Assembly: GCA_011174815.1 (NCBI GenBank)
Contig: DUFF01000083.1
Coordinates: 1-46,702 of the forward strand
Length of the DNA: 46,702 nt
Direction: 5' to 3'
DNA from: Dehalococcoidia bacterium
GTDB taxonomy: Bacteria; Chloroflexota; Dehalococcoidia; Dehalococcoidales; RBG-16-60-22
Shown: one piece after another, positions 17,934-27,593 of the stretch
Numbering within the stretch: position 1 is the first letter of the stretch
Layout of the letters: every line of letters begins with the position of its first letter
Notes under the pieces: model-generated
What the model was told of the DNA's origin: nothing
The model's database searches: none
What the model saw: the letters and a program-made list of their open reading frames with translations, nothing else
Position numbers and translations under genes: made by a program

Positions 17934-19562
17934 GTGAGGGCAATTGATGCGATCGCGGAAGTACTCAAGCGCGAAGGAGTGGATTTTCTCAGCTGTTTCC
18001 CTTCCACTCCGATGATGGATGCGGCAGCGAAAGCGAAACTGAAGCCCATCGTATGCCGGCAGGAACGAGTTGGCGTAGGTATTGCCGACGGTTACAGCCG
18101 TATTTGCAACGGCCAGCGCATCGGGGTATTTGCCATGCAATTTGGCCCAGGTGCCGAGAATGCATTCTCCGGAGTGGCCACCGCCTACTCTGACTCGGTG
18201 CCAGTTCTGTTACTTCCCCTGGGCCATGCCAGCGACCGTTCCGGTATGAAACCCTATTTCAGCTCGGTTCGTAGCTACGATGCGGTGACCAAGTGGGTGG
18301 AGCGTATCAATCTTCCGGAACTGGTGCCGGAAGTTATGCGCCGCGCTTTTTCCCTGCTGAAAATGGGCAAGCCCGGCCCGGTTATGCTGGAAATACCCGA
18401 GGACATAGTAAATAAAGAGGTGGCACCATTTGACTACCAGCCGGTGAAAGCAGCACGTGCCGCCGGCGACCCTCAGGACATCGAGAAAGCAGCACGGATA
18501 CTGGTTAATGACAAGAGCCCATTGATTCATGCCGGACAGGGGGTACTCTACGCTGAAGCATGGCATGAGCTGCTGGAACTGGCCGAACTCCTGCAGGCAC
18601 CTGTGATGACCACCATGATGGGTAAGAGTGCCTTCCCCGAAGACCACCCTCTGTCTTTAGGCACCGGCGCCCGTGTCATGACCAAACCGGTGTACCATTT
18701 CCTGAACAAGGCTAATGTGGTATTCGGTATCGGCTGCAGCTTCTCGCGCCACTACTTTTCCGTCAAGATACCTCCTGAAAAAGTCATCATCCATGCTACC
18801 AATGATGCCGGAGATATAAACAAAAATTATCTGGCTGATTACCCAATCATCGGAGATGCCAGGCTGGTGCTGCACCAGTTCATTGATGCCGTAAAGGACC
18901 TCCTCGGCAATTCAAAAAGGCAGGCCGACATTGCCGGGGAGATAAAGAGGGTAAAAGAAGGATGGATGGCGGAATGGATGCCCAAGCTGACCTCGGACGA
19001 AGTGCCACTCAATCCCTACCGCGTTATCTGGGATTTAATGCATACCATTGACCCGGCCCAGGCAATGGTCACCCATGATGCGGGCAGCCCAAGGGACCAG
19101 CTGTTGCCTTTCTATCCGGCAACACGTCCACGGAGTTACATCGGATGGGGCAAATCTCACGCCCTGGGGACCGGTCTGGGCCTGGCTATTGGTGCCAAGC
19201 TGGCACAGCCGGAAAAGGTGTCCATTAACATCATGGGAGACGCTGCCTTTGGCATGGTAGGGCTGGACTTCGAAACTGCAGTGCGAAACAACATACCCAT
19301 CATAACTATAGTGTTAAACAACTCCACTATGGCCATAGAGGCTCCGGATGAGCCGCTGTCGCAGGAACTTTATCAGTCTCTTGACCTTAGCGGCAACTAT
19401 GCCGGCCTGGGCCGTGAAATGGGTGGTTACGCAGAGCGAGTGGAGACACCAGCAGAAATCGTACCGGCAATTCAGCGTGCCCGCCGGGCGAATATGGAAG
19501 AAAAACGTCCGGCACTGCTTGAATTCATCACCAGTGAAGAGATAACGTTTTCCCTGTTTTAA
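17934..19562 (+). CDS. Thiamine-diphosphate-dependent enzyme, acetolactate-synthase-like family, substrate unknown
   Basis: RQER..ADGYSR, GPGAEN, PGPV.LEIP.D, GDAAFGM...NN ThDP motif; GGAGG RBS before the GTG. Confidence 0.88.
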   Translation: MRAIDAIAEVLKREGVDFLSCFPSTPMMDAAAKAKLKPIVCRQERVGVGIADGYSRICNGQRIGVFAMQFGPGAENAFSGVATAYSDSVPVLLLPLGHASDRSGMKPYFSSVRSYDAVTKWVERINLPELVPEVMRRAFSLLKMGKPGPVMLEIPEDIVNKEVAPFDYQPVKAARAAGDPQDIEKAARILVNDKSPLIHAGQGVLYAEAWHELLELAELLQAPVMTTMMGKSAFPEDHPLSLGTGARVMTKPVYHFLNKANVVFGIGCSFSRHYFSVKIPPEKVIIHATNDAGDINKNYLADYPIIGDARLVLHQFIDAVKDLLGNSKRQADIAGEIKRVKEGWMAEWMPKLTSDEVPLNPYRVIWDLMHTIDPAQAMVTHDAGSPRDQLLPFYPATRPRSYIGWGKSHALGTGLGLAIGAKLAQPEKVSINIMGDAAFGMVGLDFETAVRNNIPIITIVLNNSTMAIEAPDEPLSQELYQSLDLSGNYAGLGREMGGYAERVETPAEIVPAIQRARRANMEEKRPALLEFITSEEITFSLF

Positions 19563-19564
19563 AG

Positions 19565-20512
19565 TTATCGCTTCGGGGAAAGGTGCACAGACGGAAAAGC
19601 ATATCCCAGGCGCATAGCAGCAAACAGGTAAGCGGTGATGTAGCTTCGGTAAGACGACCATCGGTGTGAATACTCGAGCGCCTCTTCCGGCTGGAACGGC
19701 CTGCCTTTATTCAACAACTGCCCCAGGATACGGCAGAGAGCCAGGTCACCGTGCGGAAAGCCATCGTTACGTCCCAGAGCACGGATAAGCAACCACTGCG
19801 CCGTCCAGAGGCCAACGCCACGAAGGCCTGTCAGCACTTGAATCACCTCTTCGTCAGAAAGCGCGTGCAGACCCTCCAGGTCAAGCTGGCTGGAAGTCAC
19901 TTTCCGGGAAATATCAATAATGTATTCCGATTTCCGGGCGCTGAATCCCAGAGCGCGCAGCCCATCCACCTCGGCAGTAACCAGCGCATCTGGTCGGGGA
20001 AAGCTATGGTAAATATTACCGGCCACTTTCAGGGTTGCACCATACATTTTAATGAGGCGGGTGCGCAGCTCACGCGCTACGTGGGCGCTGATTTGCTGCC
20101 CCAGAATTGCCTGAACAAGGGCTTCATAAACCGATGCCGTATGAGGGATATGCAGCCCCCACAGATCCTTAATGAGCGGTTCCAGCGCCCGGTCACTGAG
20201 CACCATCTGGTAAAACGGTTTGATATCCCGGTCAATGCTCAGCACCCAGTTCAGGCGCTCTATCGCCCTGGCTACCATAGCATCATCAAGCGACCTGCTG
20301 AGGAGTTCCACTTCAAGCTGCGGCGGGTCTGCTTTACCTGAAGTCCGCACACCGGCCAGACAGAGGCCTTCCTTCAGGTCCAGTAATCTCTGATAGAGGC
20401 CGTTTTCAAAGATATCGCCGCCGTAACGACCCCGAAAGAAGGTGGCATAAGCAGCAGTAAGCGAGAAAGAATAGGGTGGCACAGGTTTTAGCGAAATAAC
20501 GGCTCGTTCCAT
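19565..20512 (-). CDS. alkA: AlkA-family DNA-3-methyladenine glycosylase II
   Basis: ILGQQIS, HhH motif LRGVGLWTA..FPHGD, W..YRSY. Start reassigned to ATG 20512, downstream of ogt. Confidence 0.88.
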   Translation of the reverse strand: MERAVISLKPVPPYSFSLTAAYATFFRGRYGGDIFENGLYQRLLDLKEGLCLAGVRTSGKADPPQLEVELLSRSLDDAMVARAIERLNWVLSIDRDIKPFYQMVLSDRALEPLIKDLWGLHIPHTASVYEALVQAILGQQISAHVARELRTRLIKMYGATLKVAGNIYHSFPRPDALVTAEVDGLRALGFSARKSEYIIDISRKVTSSQLDLEGLHALSDEEVIQVLTGLRGVGLWTAQWLLIRALGRNDGFPHGDLALCRILGQLLNKGRPFQPEEALEYSHRWSSYRSYITAYLFAAMRLGYAFPSVHLSPKR

Positions 20513-20531
20513 ATCAGTCTGCACGGGAGAG

Positions 20532-21041
20532 TCAGTGTTCGCCGAGATGTTTGGCTTCCAGCTCGAGAAGCGCCTGTTTCCGGTGCAGCCCGCCGCCATA
20601 GCCAACCAGTCCGCCGCTGACACCGATAACACGGTGACAGGGCACGATAATCGCCACCGGGTTGGTGCCAATGGCCTGCCCGACAGCACGGCTGGCCTTG
20701 GGCCGTCCCAAGGCACCAGCAATCTGGCCGTATGACCTGGTCTGACCATAAGGTATCGCCATGAGGAGTTCCCAGACTTTCCGCTGGAACTCGGTGCCAC
20801 GGAGGTCGAGAGAAACACTAAACTCATGCAAATCACCGGCAAAATAGGCGTCGAGTTCAGCGATTACACCATCATTGTGACTGGCAGCGTCTTTGACTTC
20901 GATGCCCTCCCTGCGCCATCGCGACGTCAACGATGTCATGTGGGACTCGGTCTTTACACAGATAACGCCGCGAGAGGAGCTACCAATCACATAGGTTCCG
21001 AGTGGGCTATCATAGCGTTTTAAGTAGAATGTTTCTGTCAT
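20532..21041 (-). CDS. ogt: Methylated-DNA-protein-cysteine methyltransferase
   Basis: GTEFQRKVW, IPYG.T.SY, RAVG.A, active site PCHRV. Confidence 0.95.
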   Translation of the reverse strand: MTETFYLKRYDSPLGTYVIGSSSRGVICVKTESHMTSLTSRWRREGIEVKDAASHNDGVIAELDAYFAGDLHEFSVSLDLRGTEFQRKVWELLMAIPYGQTRSYGQIAGALGRPKASRAVGQAIGTNPVAIIVPCHRVIGVSGGLVGYGGGLHRKQALLELEAKHLGEH

Positions 21042-21102
21042 GCTGATTCTAGCCTTTTCAAGAAGCCAAAGCGGTGCGCCCTTTCAGTATAGCATAAATG
21101 CC

Positions 21103-22329
21103 CTACTTTAGACTTTCCAGCAGGTCCTGGCGGCTGGTCATGGACGATACCGTATCCAGAAATTCTTTCAACGATGCACTCTGTTCCCTCAGCCTTTCCA
21201 GTTCACCCCCAATGGGACTGATGGAAGTCGGCCGGTCGGCGTAGGTTCCATGAAAGGCAAAGTAGGCCTGGTTCAGCTTCCTGATATAGTATCCTTTAGA
21301 GGCGAGATACTGCCGCCTTTCTTTCATAAACTCCTCAGCCTGTTCAATTTCACCCTGTGCCAGGTATTCATCCACCGCCCGGCGTATCTGACGTATCTCA
21401 TGGTTGAAATCAAACCCGGACTTTTTGCTCTGTTCACCATTCGTGCTTTTTAAATCGGGGTAATAATTTTCCACAACCATACTGCCGATCTCCTTGCTAA
21501 CCATACTGGCTACGGTCTCGTTCATAGTCGCAATCTCATAGTCGCGTTTCACCCCCAGCACGTCCATCGCGTAGCGAAATCCCAGAGGCTTGAAGAACAG
21601 GTATTGATGCAGCCACTCTTCCACTGCCGCGTCAATGGTGAAACGCAGACTGGCCTCGTTGGTGACAAATGCCGGGTAAGTTCCACCAAAGCCACCAAGC
21701 CCCACCACTATCGAAGATACATCCAGCTTGTCGACTTCCTCCTCAATCCGCTCTGTGTCTTCCAACTCCATCTCCTGCTGGAGCAAAATTTCCCGCATAC
21801 TTTCAATCCTGTCCCGGGGGGAGACGACCAGCAAATGAGGCGGCTTCTCCAGTTTGAAATCCACCGGCGGGAAATGTATTTTAAACTTTACGTATTTATC
21901 GGCGGGATTATAGATACCCTGCTCACGAAGTATCTCCTTTACCTGCCCGACAATGACCGTTTCCACCGTGTTTACCAGAGAATCTCTCTTCTGCTGCAAT
22001 TCGCCCAGTTCTGCTTCAAGAGAAGCCAGGTCACCCCCCCTATTGCCCATCTTTATCGCCTCTATCTCAGAGGTCAGGATTTTGCTCTGCTCCACAGCAT
22101 TGAAGTAGTCCTGCACTTTCTCCATTTCATCGCCAGTTGTCTTGTTCTCCCTACTGATTAACCCTTTTACCCCTTTGACAATGCTGCTGGCCTCCCATTG
22201 CGCGATATTGAAGCGATAGGGCCTGACAATCTGGCTTAACTGTTTATTGAAATCCTTGGCGGCAGCACATCCAGCGCTGAGCAACCAGACCGAGAATATA
22301 ACTGCCATTACCGCAAGCTCTATCTTCAA
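21103..22329 (-). CDS. Putative lipoprotein with a zincin-like motif
   Basis: Signal peptide with lipobox LSAGC; EEWLHQY...NETVA; IRKLNQAYFAFHGTYAD. Confidence 0.65.
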   Translation of the reverse strand: MKIELAVMAVIFSVWLLSAGCAAAKDFNKQLSQIVRPYRFNIAQWEASSIVKGVKGLISRENKTTGDEMEKVQDYFNAVEQSKILTSEIEAIKMGNRGGDLASLEAELGELQQKRDSLVNTVETVIVGQVKEILREQGIYNPADKYVKFKIHFPPVDFKLEKPPHLLVVSPRDRIESMREILLQQEMELEDTERIEEEVDKLDVSSIVVGLGGFGGTYPAFVTNEASLRFTIDAAVEEWLHQYLFFKPLGFRYAMDVLGVKRDYEIATMNETVASMVSKEIGSMVVENYYPDLKSTNGEQSKKSGFDFNHEIRQIRRAVDEYLAQGEIEQAEEFMKERRQYLASKGYYIRKLNQAYFAFHGTYADRPTSISPIGGELERLREQSASLKEFLDTVSSMTSRQDLLESLK

Positions 22330-22458
22330 TTCAGATTTGCCTTTGTTATAATTGCGTTAATGAGGAGCTGGATTGACTGACTTCAATAGTGCCATGTTAT
22401 GTAAACTTACTCCCCCGGTAATTGGCCAGTCCTTCGCTTTCTGGAAATTTCTGGCGTT

Positions 22459-23106
22459 TCAGTCCATTCTCACCGCAATTTTAGCCAGCTCCCAGGAGTA
22501 CTCGTAAAGGTGCAGGCCCTTGCTCATGGCGATTATCTCCCCATCTTCCACCCCGACCTCGCTGGCCATATATTCCTTGAGGAGTTGAATCGCCGCCAGA
22601 TTTGAGGGGAAACCGGCCCAGAGGTCCCAGGAGCGGAAATAGACCACAAAATTGAGCTTGTTGTGCCTGACCCGGGTATCTATGGCTCTCAGACAGGGTG
22701 GGTCGGAAAGAAAGATGGACTGCGCATCACCCACCGCCATAAAGGCCTGATTGGTGTTATAGCCATCTTCCTGGTACATCTTTATAACCTCGGCTATCTG
22801 TGTTTCCAGGTACTGGCCGTAGGTGTACTGCTCCCCTTCTCTCCGGTGCGCCGTCATCAGGTACGGCAGATATTCCTCGATGTAGTCCATGGTGCTCGGT
22901 GGGGGCACTCCCTGAGGCACATCCGGTATCAGCGGCCTGGTTCCAGGATACTTAATCTTGATGACAACGAAGTCGAGCTCCTTCCGCCTTTGCCCAGCAT
23001 AGCTCCCCCGGTCAATTTTATACTCGTAACCATCGGTCAGCGTTTTACAGACACACTGGAACCAGGCTTCGGAGAGGTCCCGTGCTTCAACAAAAGTGAT
23101 ATTCAT
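22459..23106 (-). CDS. Short thymidylate synthase (ThyA-fold) protein
   Basis: YTYG, PPCL catalytic Cys, FRSWD, GFPSN, LHLY. Confidence 0.85.
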   Translation of the reverse strand: MNITFVEARDLSEAWFQCVCKTLTDGYEYKIDRGSYAGQRRKELDFVVIKIKYPGTRPLIPDVPQGVPPPSTMDYIEEYLPYLMTAHRREGEQYTYGQYLETQIAEVIKMYQEDGYNTNQAFMAVGDAQSIFLSDPPCLRAIDTRVRHNKLNFVVYFRSWDLWAGFPSNLAAIQLLKEYMASEVGVEDGEIIAMSKGLHLYEYSWELAKIAVRMD

Positions 23107-23128
23107 CCCGCAAGTCCTTTTCAGGCTA

Positions 23129-23830
23129 TTACTTTTTCCGGAAGATGGCGAAAAATCTGTCCTCGTACTCAGTGAAGAGGTTCCAGCGGTCCAGCTCCTT
23201 CTTCAGTTCATCCGGGTCAAACTCCCCCTTTGTCACACGGCGGAACATCTCCTCAATTCTCAAACGGGCATCCGCGGGTACACCGCTGGCATCCACGTCC
23301 AGCAGTCCCCTCGCCCCCATCTGGGTAACATGGTGCGGGAATGAACCTCTGGCCACCTCATAGATGAATTTGAGCAGTGATACATCCCAGAGCTCATCTT
23401 CGCCTTTTATAATCGCCGCCAGTGGGTCGCCCTGTTTATCGATCTCTACATTCAGCCTGTCGACCACCGTCCGCCAGTGCTCCGAGACGATGTTGAGTTC
23501 TTTGGGCTCATTACGATAGGTGTAAAAGAGCCCGGGGGCATCGGAACCGTAGGTCTTGATGAGTGCATCAAGGTACCGGCGAGCTTCATGGCTGAACCCT
23601 TCCAGATGGGAAAGATAGTACGGGGTGACAATCCTTGGCCTTTCGGCAATGACCCTGCCCTCCCTCACCACCGTTTCATTGACCTCCCTAGTCATCTCCG
23701 CGTACGCGGGCTCGGTAAGCAGATAGTAATGAATATTGGTCGAGCCGAAGGTAGCCAGCTTTTGCTTCGGTGGCCTTATCACCTCGGTACGCCAGACGGC
23801 ATATTCAATTCGGTCATCGTTGGCAGCCAT
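23129..23830 (-). CDS. Hypothetical protein
   Basis: 233-aa ORF with GAGG RBS, in an apparent operon with its neighbours. Confidence 0.8.
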   Translation of the reverse strand: MAANDDRIEYAVWRTEVIRPPKQKLATFGSTNIHYYLLTEPAYAEMTREVNETVVREGRVIAERPRIVTPYYLSHLEGFSHEARRYLDALIKTYGSDAPGLFYTYRNEPKELNIVSEHWRTVVDRLNVEIDKQGDPLAAIIKGEDELWDVSLLKFIYEVARGSFPHHVTQMGARGLLDVDASGVPADARLRIEEMFRRVTKGEFDPDELKKELDRWNLFTEYEDRFFAIFRKK

Positions 23831-23839
23831 CGTATCCCT

Positions 23840-24433
23840 CTAAGTTATCGTCATCAGTTCCTGCTTGTATTCATTCAGCAGACTGATATACTGCGCATCC
23901 ATCTGCGAAAGCACGCGCCGCCACTCCTCCTGAAATTGAGGCTGTCTCTCCACGTCTATCCTGACATTGGCCAGGGTACCAATCTGCTGCTTCAGAGCCT
24001 GCTGTAGCCTGGCCTCGACATCGACTTTCAGTGATTCATACGCCTGCTTTCGCTGCTGTTCTCCCTGCTCCACGTAATGGTCAAATATACGCCTCACCTT
24101 GCTGAATACGTTCTCCACGCTCACCTTATTGTTTTTCAGCAGCTTGATACCTTCCATAGCACGTCTGTTTTTCTTACGCAAAAAATCGTTCCGGGGCAGT
24201 TCCAAGTTCCGTATCAGCACTTCCTGAGTCCCTTTGATAACGTACTTCTTCGCCTTGTCCTCGAACTTTCCCAGCTCGGATAACATATTCAGGTTCTGTT
24301 TCAAGTACCGAGCGGCTAGCTTCTCCCCTTCCGGAGCATACTTCCACCCCAGGCGTTCCTCTTCCGTTACCTCCCCCAGCTTCTCCACCTTCTCCATGGC
24401 TATTTCCCGGGCGCTCTTTATTTCCTCTCCCAT
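23840..24433 (-). CDS. Hypothetical helical protein
   Basis: 197-aa charged helical ORF (IKSAREIAMEK start); upstream TTTAAG-17-TATAAT at 24493-24521. Confidence 0.8.
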   Translation of the reverse strand: MGEEIKSAREIAMEKVEKLGEVTEEERLGWKYAPEGEKLAARYLKQNLNMLSELGKFEDKAKKYVIKGTQEVLIRNLELPRNDFLRKKNRRAMEGIKLLKNNKVSVENVFSKVRRIFDHYVEQGEQQRKQAYESLKVDVEARLQQALKQQIGTLANVRIDVERQPQFQEEWRRVLSQMDAQYISLLNEYKQELMTIT

Positions 24434-24629
24434 GTCCGATTTCCCGAAATTTTTATCTCATTCTCGCCTTGTCAGTTTTCTCTTTATTAAGTATTATACT
24501 AAATGCCTGCTAAAGCTTAAAGCGTGGATATACGCAGATGAATCGACAGTCGGCTTGGATTTCTTGATAAAGGTCGGCGCTACTTATATATTATTAAGGT
24601 AGCTTGCATTCAGAAAGGAGGCGCTTATT

Positions 24630-25079
24630 ATGCATAAGAACTGGAAGTTCCACCACGTCTCGGTGGTGGTCAGGGACATGGAAAGGGCGATGAATTATTA
24701 CGAATCTCTGGGAATAGGGCCCTTCCCTCCCCTGCTGGGGCCACAGGGTAAAGTACCACTGGCGGATAAAACATTGCACGGCAAGTCTGCTGACTGGGAG
24801 CTCGACCTGCGGCATGCCGAGGGCGGCGTGGGCGACCTTACCTTCGAGTTGATTCAGCCGCTGGAGGGCGATACGCCGGTCAAGGATTTCCTGGAGAAAC
24901 ATGGAGAGGGCATCCAGCACATCGGCTTCTTCGTCGATGATATTGAGGCTGAAACAGCCAAACTGGCCGAGAAGGGGTTCAAAATTACCCAGAGCGCAGA
25001 GACCCCAACGGTGAAATGGGCCTACTTCGGCACCGATGCTGTTGGCGGCTTCTCCATCGAGCTCATGCAGAAGAAATAA
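24630..25079 (+). CDS. VOC/glyoxalase family protein (methylmalonyl-CoA epimerase-like)
   Basis: HHVSVVVRD, FELIQP, FLEKHGEGIQHIGF, IEL; AGGAGG RBS; TTGATA-17-TATATT promoter at 24564-24592. Confidence 0.88.
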   Translation: MHKNWKFHHVSVVVRDMERAMNYYESLGIGPFPPLLGPQGKVPLADKTLHGKSADWELDLRHAEGGVGDLTFELIQPLEGDTPVKDFLEKHGEGIQHIGFFVDDIEAETAKLAEKGFKITQSAETPTVKWAYFGTDAVGGFSIELMQKK

Positions 25080-25091
25080 GGCTGCCTGCGG

Positions 25092-26180
25092 TCACAGCTT
25101 CCCGACGATAAGCTCGCCCATCTCCCTGGTGCCTACCTGCTTCTTCCCTTCGTCCATAATATCGTAGGTGCGGTAGCCTTCGTTCAACACGTCGATTACG
25201 GTCTTTTCCACCGCCTGCGCCTCTTTGGCCAGCCCGCAGGAATAGCGCAGCATCATCGCCATGCTCAGTATGGTGGCGATGGGGTTGGCCAGGTTCTGCC
25301 CGGCACGCCGGGGGGCACTGCCATGAATCGGCTCATAAAGGCCGAGCGTTCTGACGCCCTCCTGAGGCACGCCGGCCAGGCTGGCGGAGGGCAGCATTCC
25401 CATTGAGCCCGCCAGCATCGAGGCTTCATCGGTCAGGATATCACCGAACGTGTTCTCGGAGACCACGACGTCAAAATGTTTCGGGTTCTGTATCAGGCGC
25501 ATGGAGCAGGCATCAACCAGCATATGCTCCAGCTCCACATCTGGGTAGCTTCTGGAAAGGTCAGTTGCCACCTGCCGCCACAGCCGCGAGCATTCCAGCA
25601 CGTTGGCCTTGTCAACGGAGATGAGTTTCTTCTTTCTTCCCCGGGCCAGCTCGAAACTAACCCTTACGATGCGCTCAATCTCCCCTTCCGAATAGATCAT
25701 GGTGTCGACCGCCCGCCACCCTTTGGGCGTCTGCCAGCGCTTCTTCGGTCGGCCGAAGTACAGTCCGCCGGTTAGCTCCCGGACGAAGATGAAATCAACT
25801 CCATCAATAACTTCGGGCTTCAAATTGGTGGCATTTACGAGCATGGGCAGGGCTTTGACCGGGCGCAGGTTGGCAAAGAGACCCAGCGCCCGGCGCAGCG
25901 CCAGTATGCCATCTTCGGGATGGACTTTTGTGCCGGGAGCGTCAAATCTGGGGTCGCCGACCGCACCCATCAGCACGGCATCGCTTTTCTTGCTTATCTT
26001 TTCCACATCGGGCGGCAGAGGCATGCCGGTGGCATCGATCGCCGCCCCACCGATATGCCCGTGATATAAATCAAAGGTATGCCCGTATTTCTTGCCCACA
26101 GCCTGGAGTACATTGACCGCGGCCTCGGTTATTTCCGGACCAATGCCGTCGCCGGGTAAAACCGCGATGTGAAACTTCAT
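25092..26180 (-). CDS. leuB: 3-isopropylmalate dehydrogenase
   Basis: GDGIGPE, RELTGG.YFG, DKANV, FGDILTD, EPIHGSAP. Confidence 0.97.
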   Translation of the reverse strand: MKFHIAVLPGDGIGPEITEAAVNVLQAVGKKYGHTFDLYHGHIGGAAIDATGMPLPPDVEKISKKSDAVLMGAVGDPRFDAPGTKVHPEDGILALRRALGLFANLRPVKALPMLVNATNLKPEVIDGVDFIFVRELTGGLYFGRPKKRWQTPKGWRAVDTMIYSEGEIERIVRVSFELARGRKKKLISVDKANVLECSRLWRQVATDLSRSYPDVELEHMLVDACSMRLIQNPKHFDVVVSENTFGDILTDEASMLAGSMGMLPSASLAGVPQEGVRTLGLYEPIHGSAPRRAGQNLANPIATILSMAMMLRYSCGLAKEAQAVEKTVIDVLNEGYRTYDIMDEGKKQVGTREMGELIVGKL

Positions 26181-26181
26181 C

Positions 26182-26682
26182 TTATACCCTCCCGCTCATT
26201 AAACGTTTCTTAGTATATTCAATTAATCCGCCGGAGGAGATGATTTCGGCCATAAAGTCGGGATAGGGGCTGGCGGTAAAAGTACGTCCGCGCGTTATGT
26301 TTTTTATCTCTCCTTTGGACAGGTCAACCTCCAGTACATCGCCGGCTTCGGTGTTATCTACCGCTTCCTCGCACTCCAGCAGTGGCAGGCCGATATTGAT
26401 GGCATTGCGGAAGAAAATGCGGGCGAAGCTCTTGGCAATGACGCAGGAAATGCCGGCCGCTTTTATCGCCATCGGGGCGTGCTCCCGCGAGGAGCCGCAG
26501 CCAAAATTAGTGGTCGCCATAATAATGTCCCCCGGCTCCACCCTTTTCAGAAAATCCTCATCGATGTCTTCCATGCAGTGCTTGGCCAGCTCCATCGGGT
26601 CATAGATATTGAGATAGCGCGCCGGGATGATGACATCCGTGTTTACATCCGCGCCGTACTTATGGACTTTGCCTTTCAGCAT
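26182..26682 (-). CDS. leuD: 3-isopropylmalate dehydratase small subunit
   Basis: [30 protein letters not shown]. Confidence 0.96.
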   Translation of the reverse strand: MLKGKVHKYGADVNTDVIIPARYLNIYDPMELAKHCMEDIDEDFLKRVEPGDIIMATTNFGCGSSREHAPMAIKAAGISCVIAKSFARIFFRNAINIGLPLLECEEAVDNTEAGDVLEVDLSKGEIKNITRGRTFTASPYPDFMAEIISSGGLIEYTKKRLMSGRV

Positions 26683-27089
26683 TTAGTGCCCTCCTTTCTG
26701 TATTTCTTCCTGATGACGAACTGGATAGCATATTCCTCTTTATTTATGGAGACAACCTTATTGTCCACCAGTTTCGTTTTCAGGACTTCCTTCTGCACTT
26801 CATTCCAGTCAATATTCAGTTTTCTTTCCGCAGCCACCTCTTTCCTGGGCATAATGACCCAGATGCGGCCGTCCGGTTTAACTTTGCTTTGCAGAAAGGC
26901 CATTTTCTCCCCGATACCTTTCGACTGGTCAATCCAGTAGAGAATAACATCACAGTTCTCTTCCAGTCCGTTGACAATTAAAGTTATGTCACGGCCGCTG
27001 AGCCGGGAAACGGTATCCTCATCTGGCCGCAGCAGGCACACCTTGCTCCCCGGCCTTATCCCCAGTCTGGCAGCTAAATCCTTTTCCAC
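26676..27089 (-). CDS. Hypothetical protein, DUF3052-like
   Basis: LAARLGI.PG start, G.IWV, LVDNKV motif; overlaps the leuD start. Confidence 0.6.
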   Translation of the reverse strand: MEKDLAARLGIRPGSKVCLLRPDEDTVSRLSGRDITLIVNGLEENCDVILYWIDQSKGIGEKMAFLQSKVKPDGRIWVIMPRKEVAAERKLNIDWNEVQKEVLKTKLVDNKVVSINKEEYAIQFVIRKKYRKEGTKC

Positions 27090-27101
27090 GGCCGTTTAAT
27101 A

Positions 27102-27590
27102 TCAAAGTTTATGCAGTGCTTTTTCAAAGCCCTTTACCATCGGGGGCTTTTTGCCCCGGCCCGGCTCGATAGTGTGCCCCTCGGCTTGAAGTCGGGCGGC
27201 CTGTGCCTCGGTGCCGCCCGGGTATTTCTCGTTCAGCTCTCCCTTCGATTTCAGCGTCCGCCAGTACGGGGTAATCTCTTTCTTGCCATCACCGGCATCT
27301 TCCTCGGCGGCGCGGGCGGCAATATTGCTGAAAATCCCGGTGGTAATGGGACAGCCGATGGTAGCACCATGCTTTCGGGCCAGAGACTCACGTATCTGGT
27401 TGATTGTGATCAGCCTGCCCTCCGGCACACTTCGCATGATTTGGTCAACTTCAATAGGAGCGGGAATGACACAAGTCCCGGTGCCCCACCGCTGGCTCAT
27501 TTTATCATTGATCTCGACCACTCTGGGCAGGTCCTTGCTGTCGTGCAGTTTTTCGCGCCAGCTTTTCCGCATCTTGGCCATCGCTCCCAT
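27102..27590 (-). CDS. Alkyltransferase-like (ATL/MGMT DNA-binding family) protein
   Basis: VPEGRLIT, CPITTG, PYWR in place of PCHR, YPGG..Q...L..EG. Confidence 0.8.
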   Translation of the reverse strand: MGAMAKMRKSWREKLHDSKDLPRVVEINDKMSQRWGTGTCVIPAPIEVDQIMRSVPEGRLITINQIRESLARKHGATIGCPITTGIFSNIAARAAEEDAGDGKKEITPYWRTLKSKGELNEKYPGGTEAQAARLQAEGHTIEPGRGKKPPMVKGFEKALHKL

Positions 27591-27593
27591 TCC

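Noticed and set aside
20513-20842. N-terminal extension of AlkA given in the ORF track
   Set aside because: It overlaps ogt in another frame; AlkA-like sequence begins at ATG 20512.
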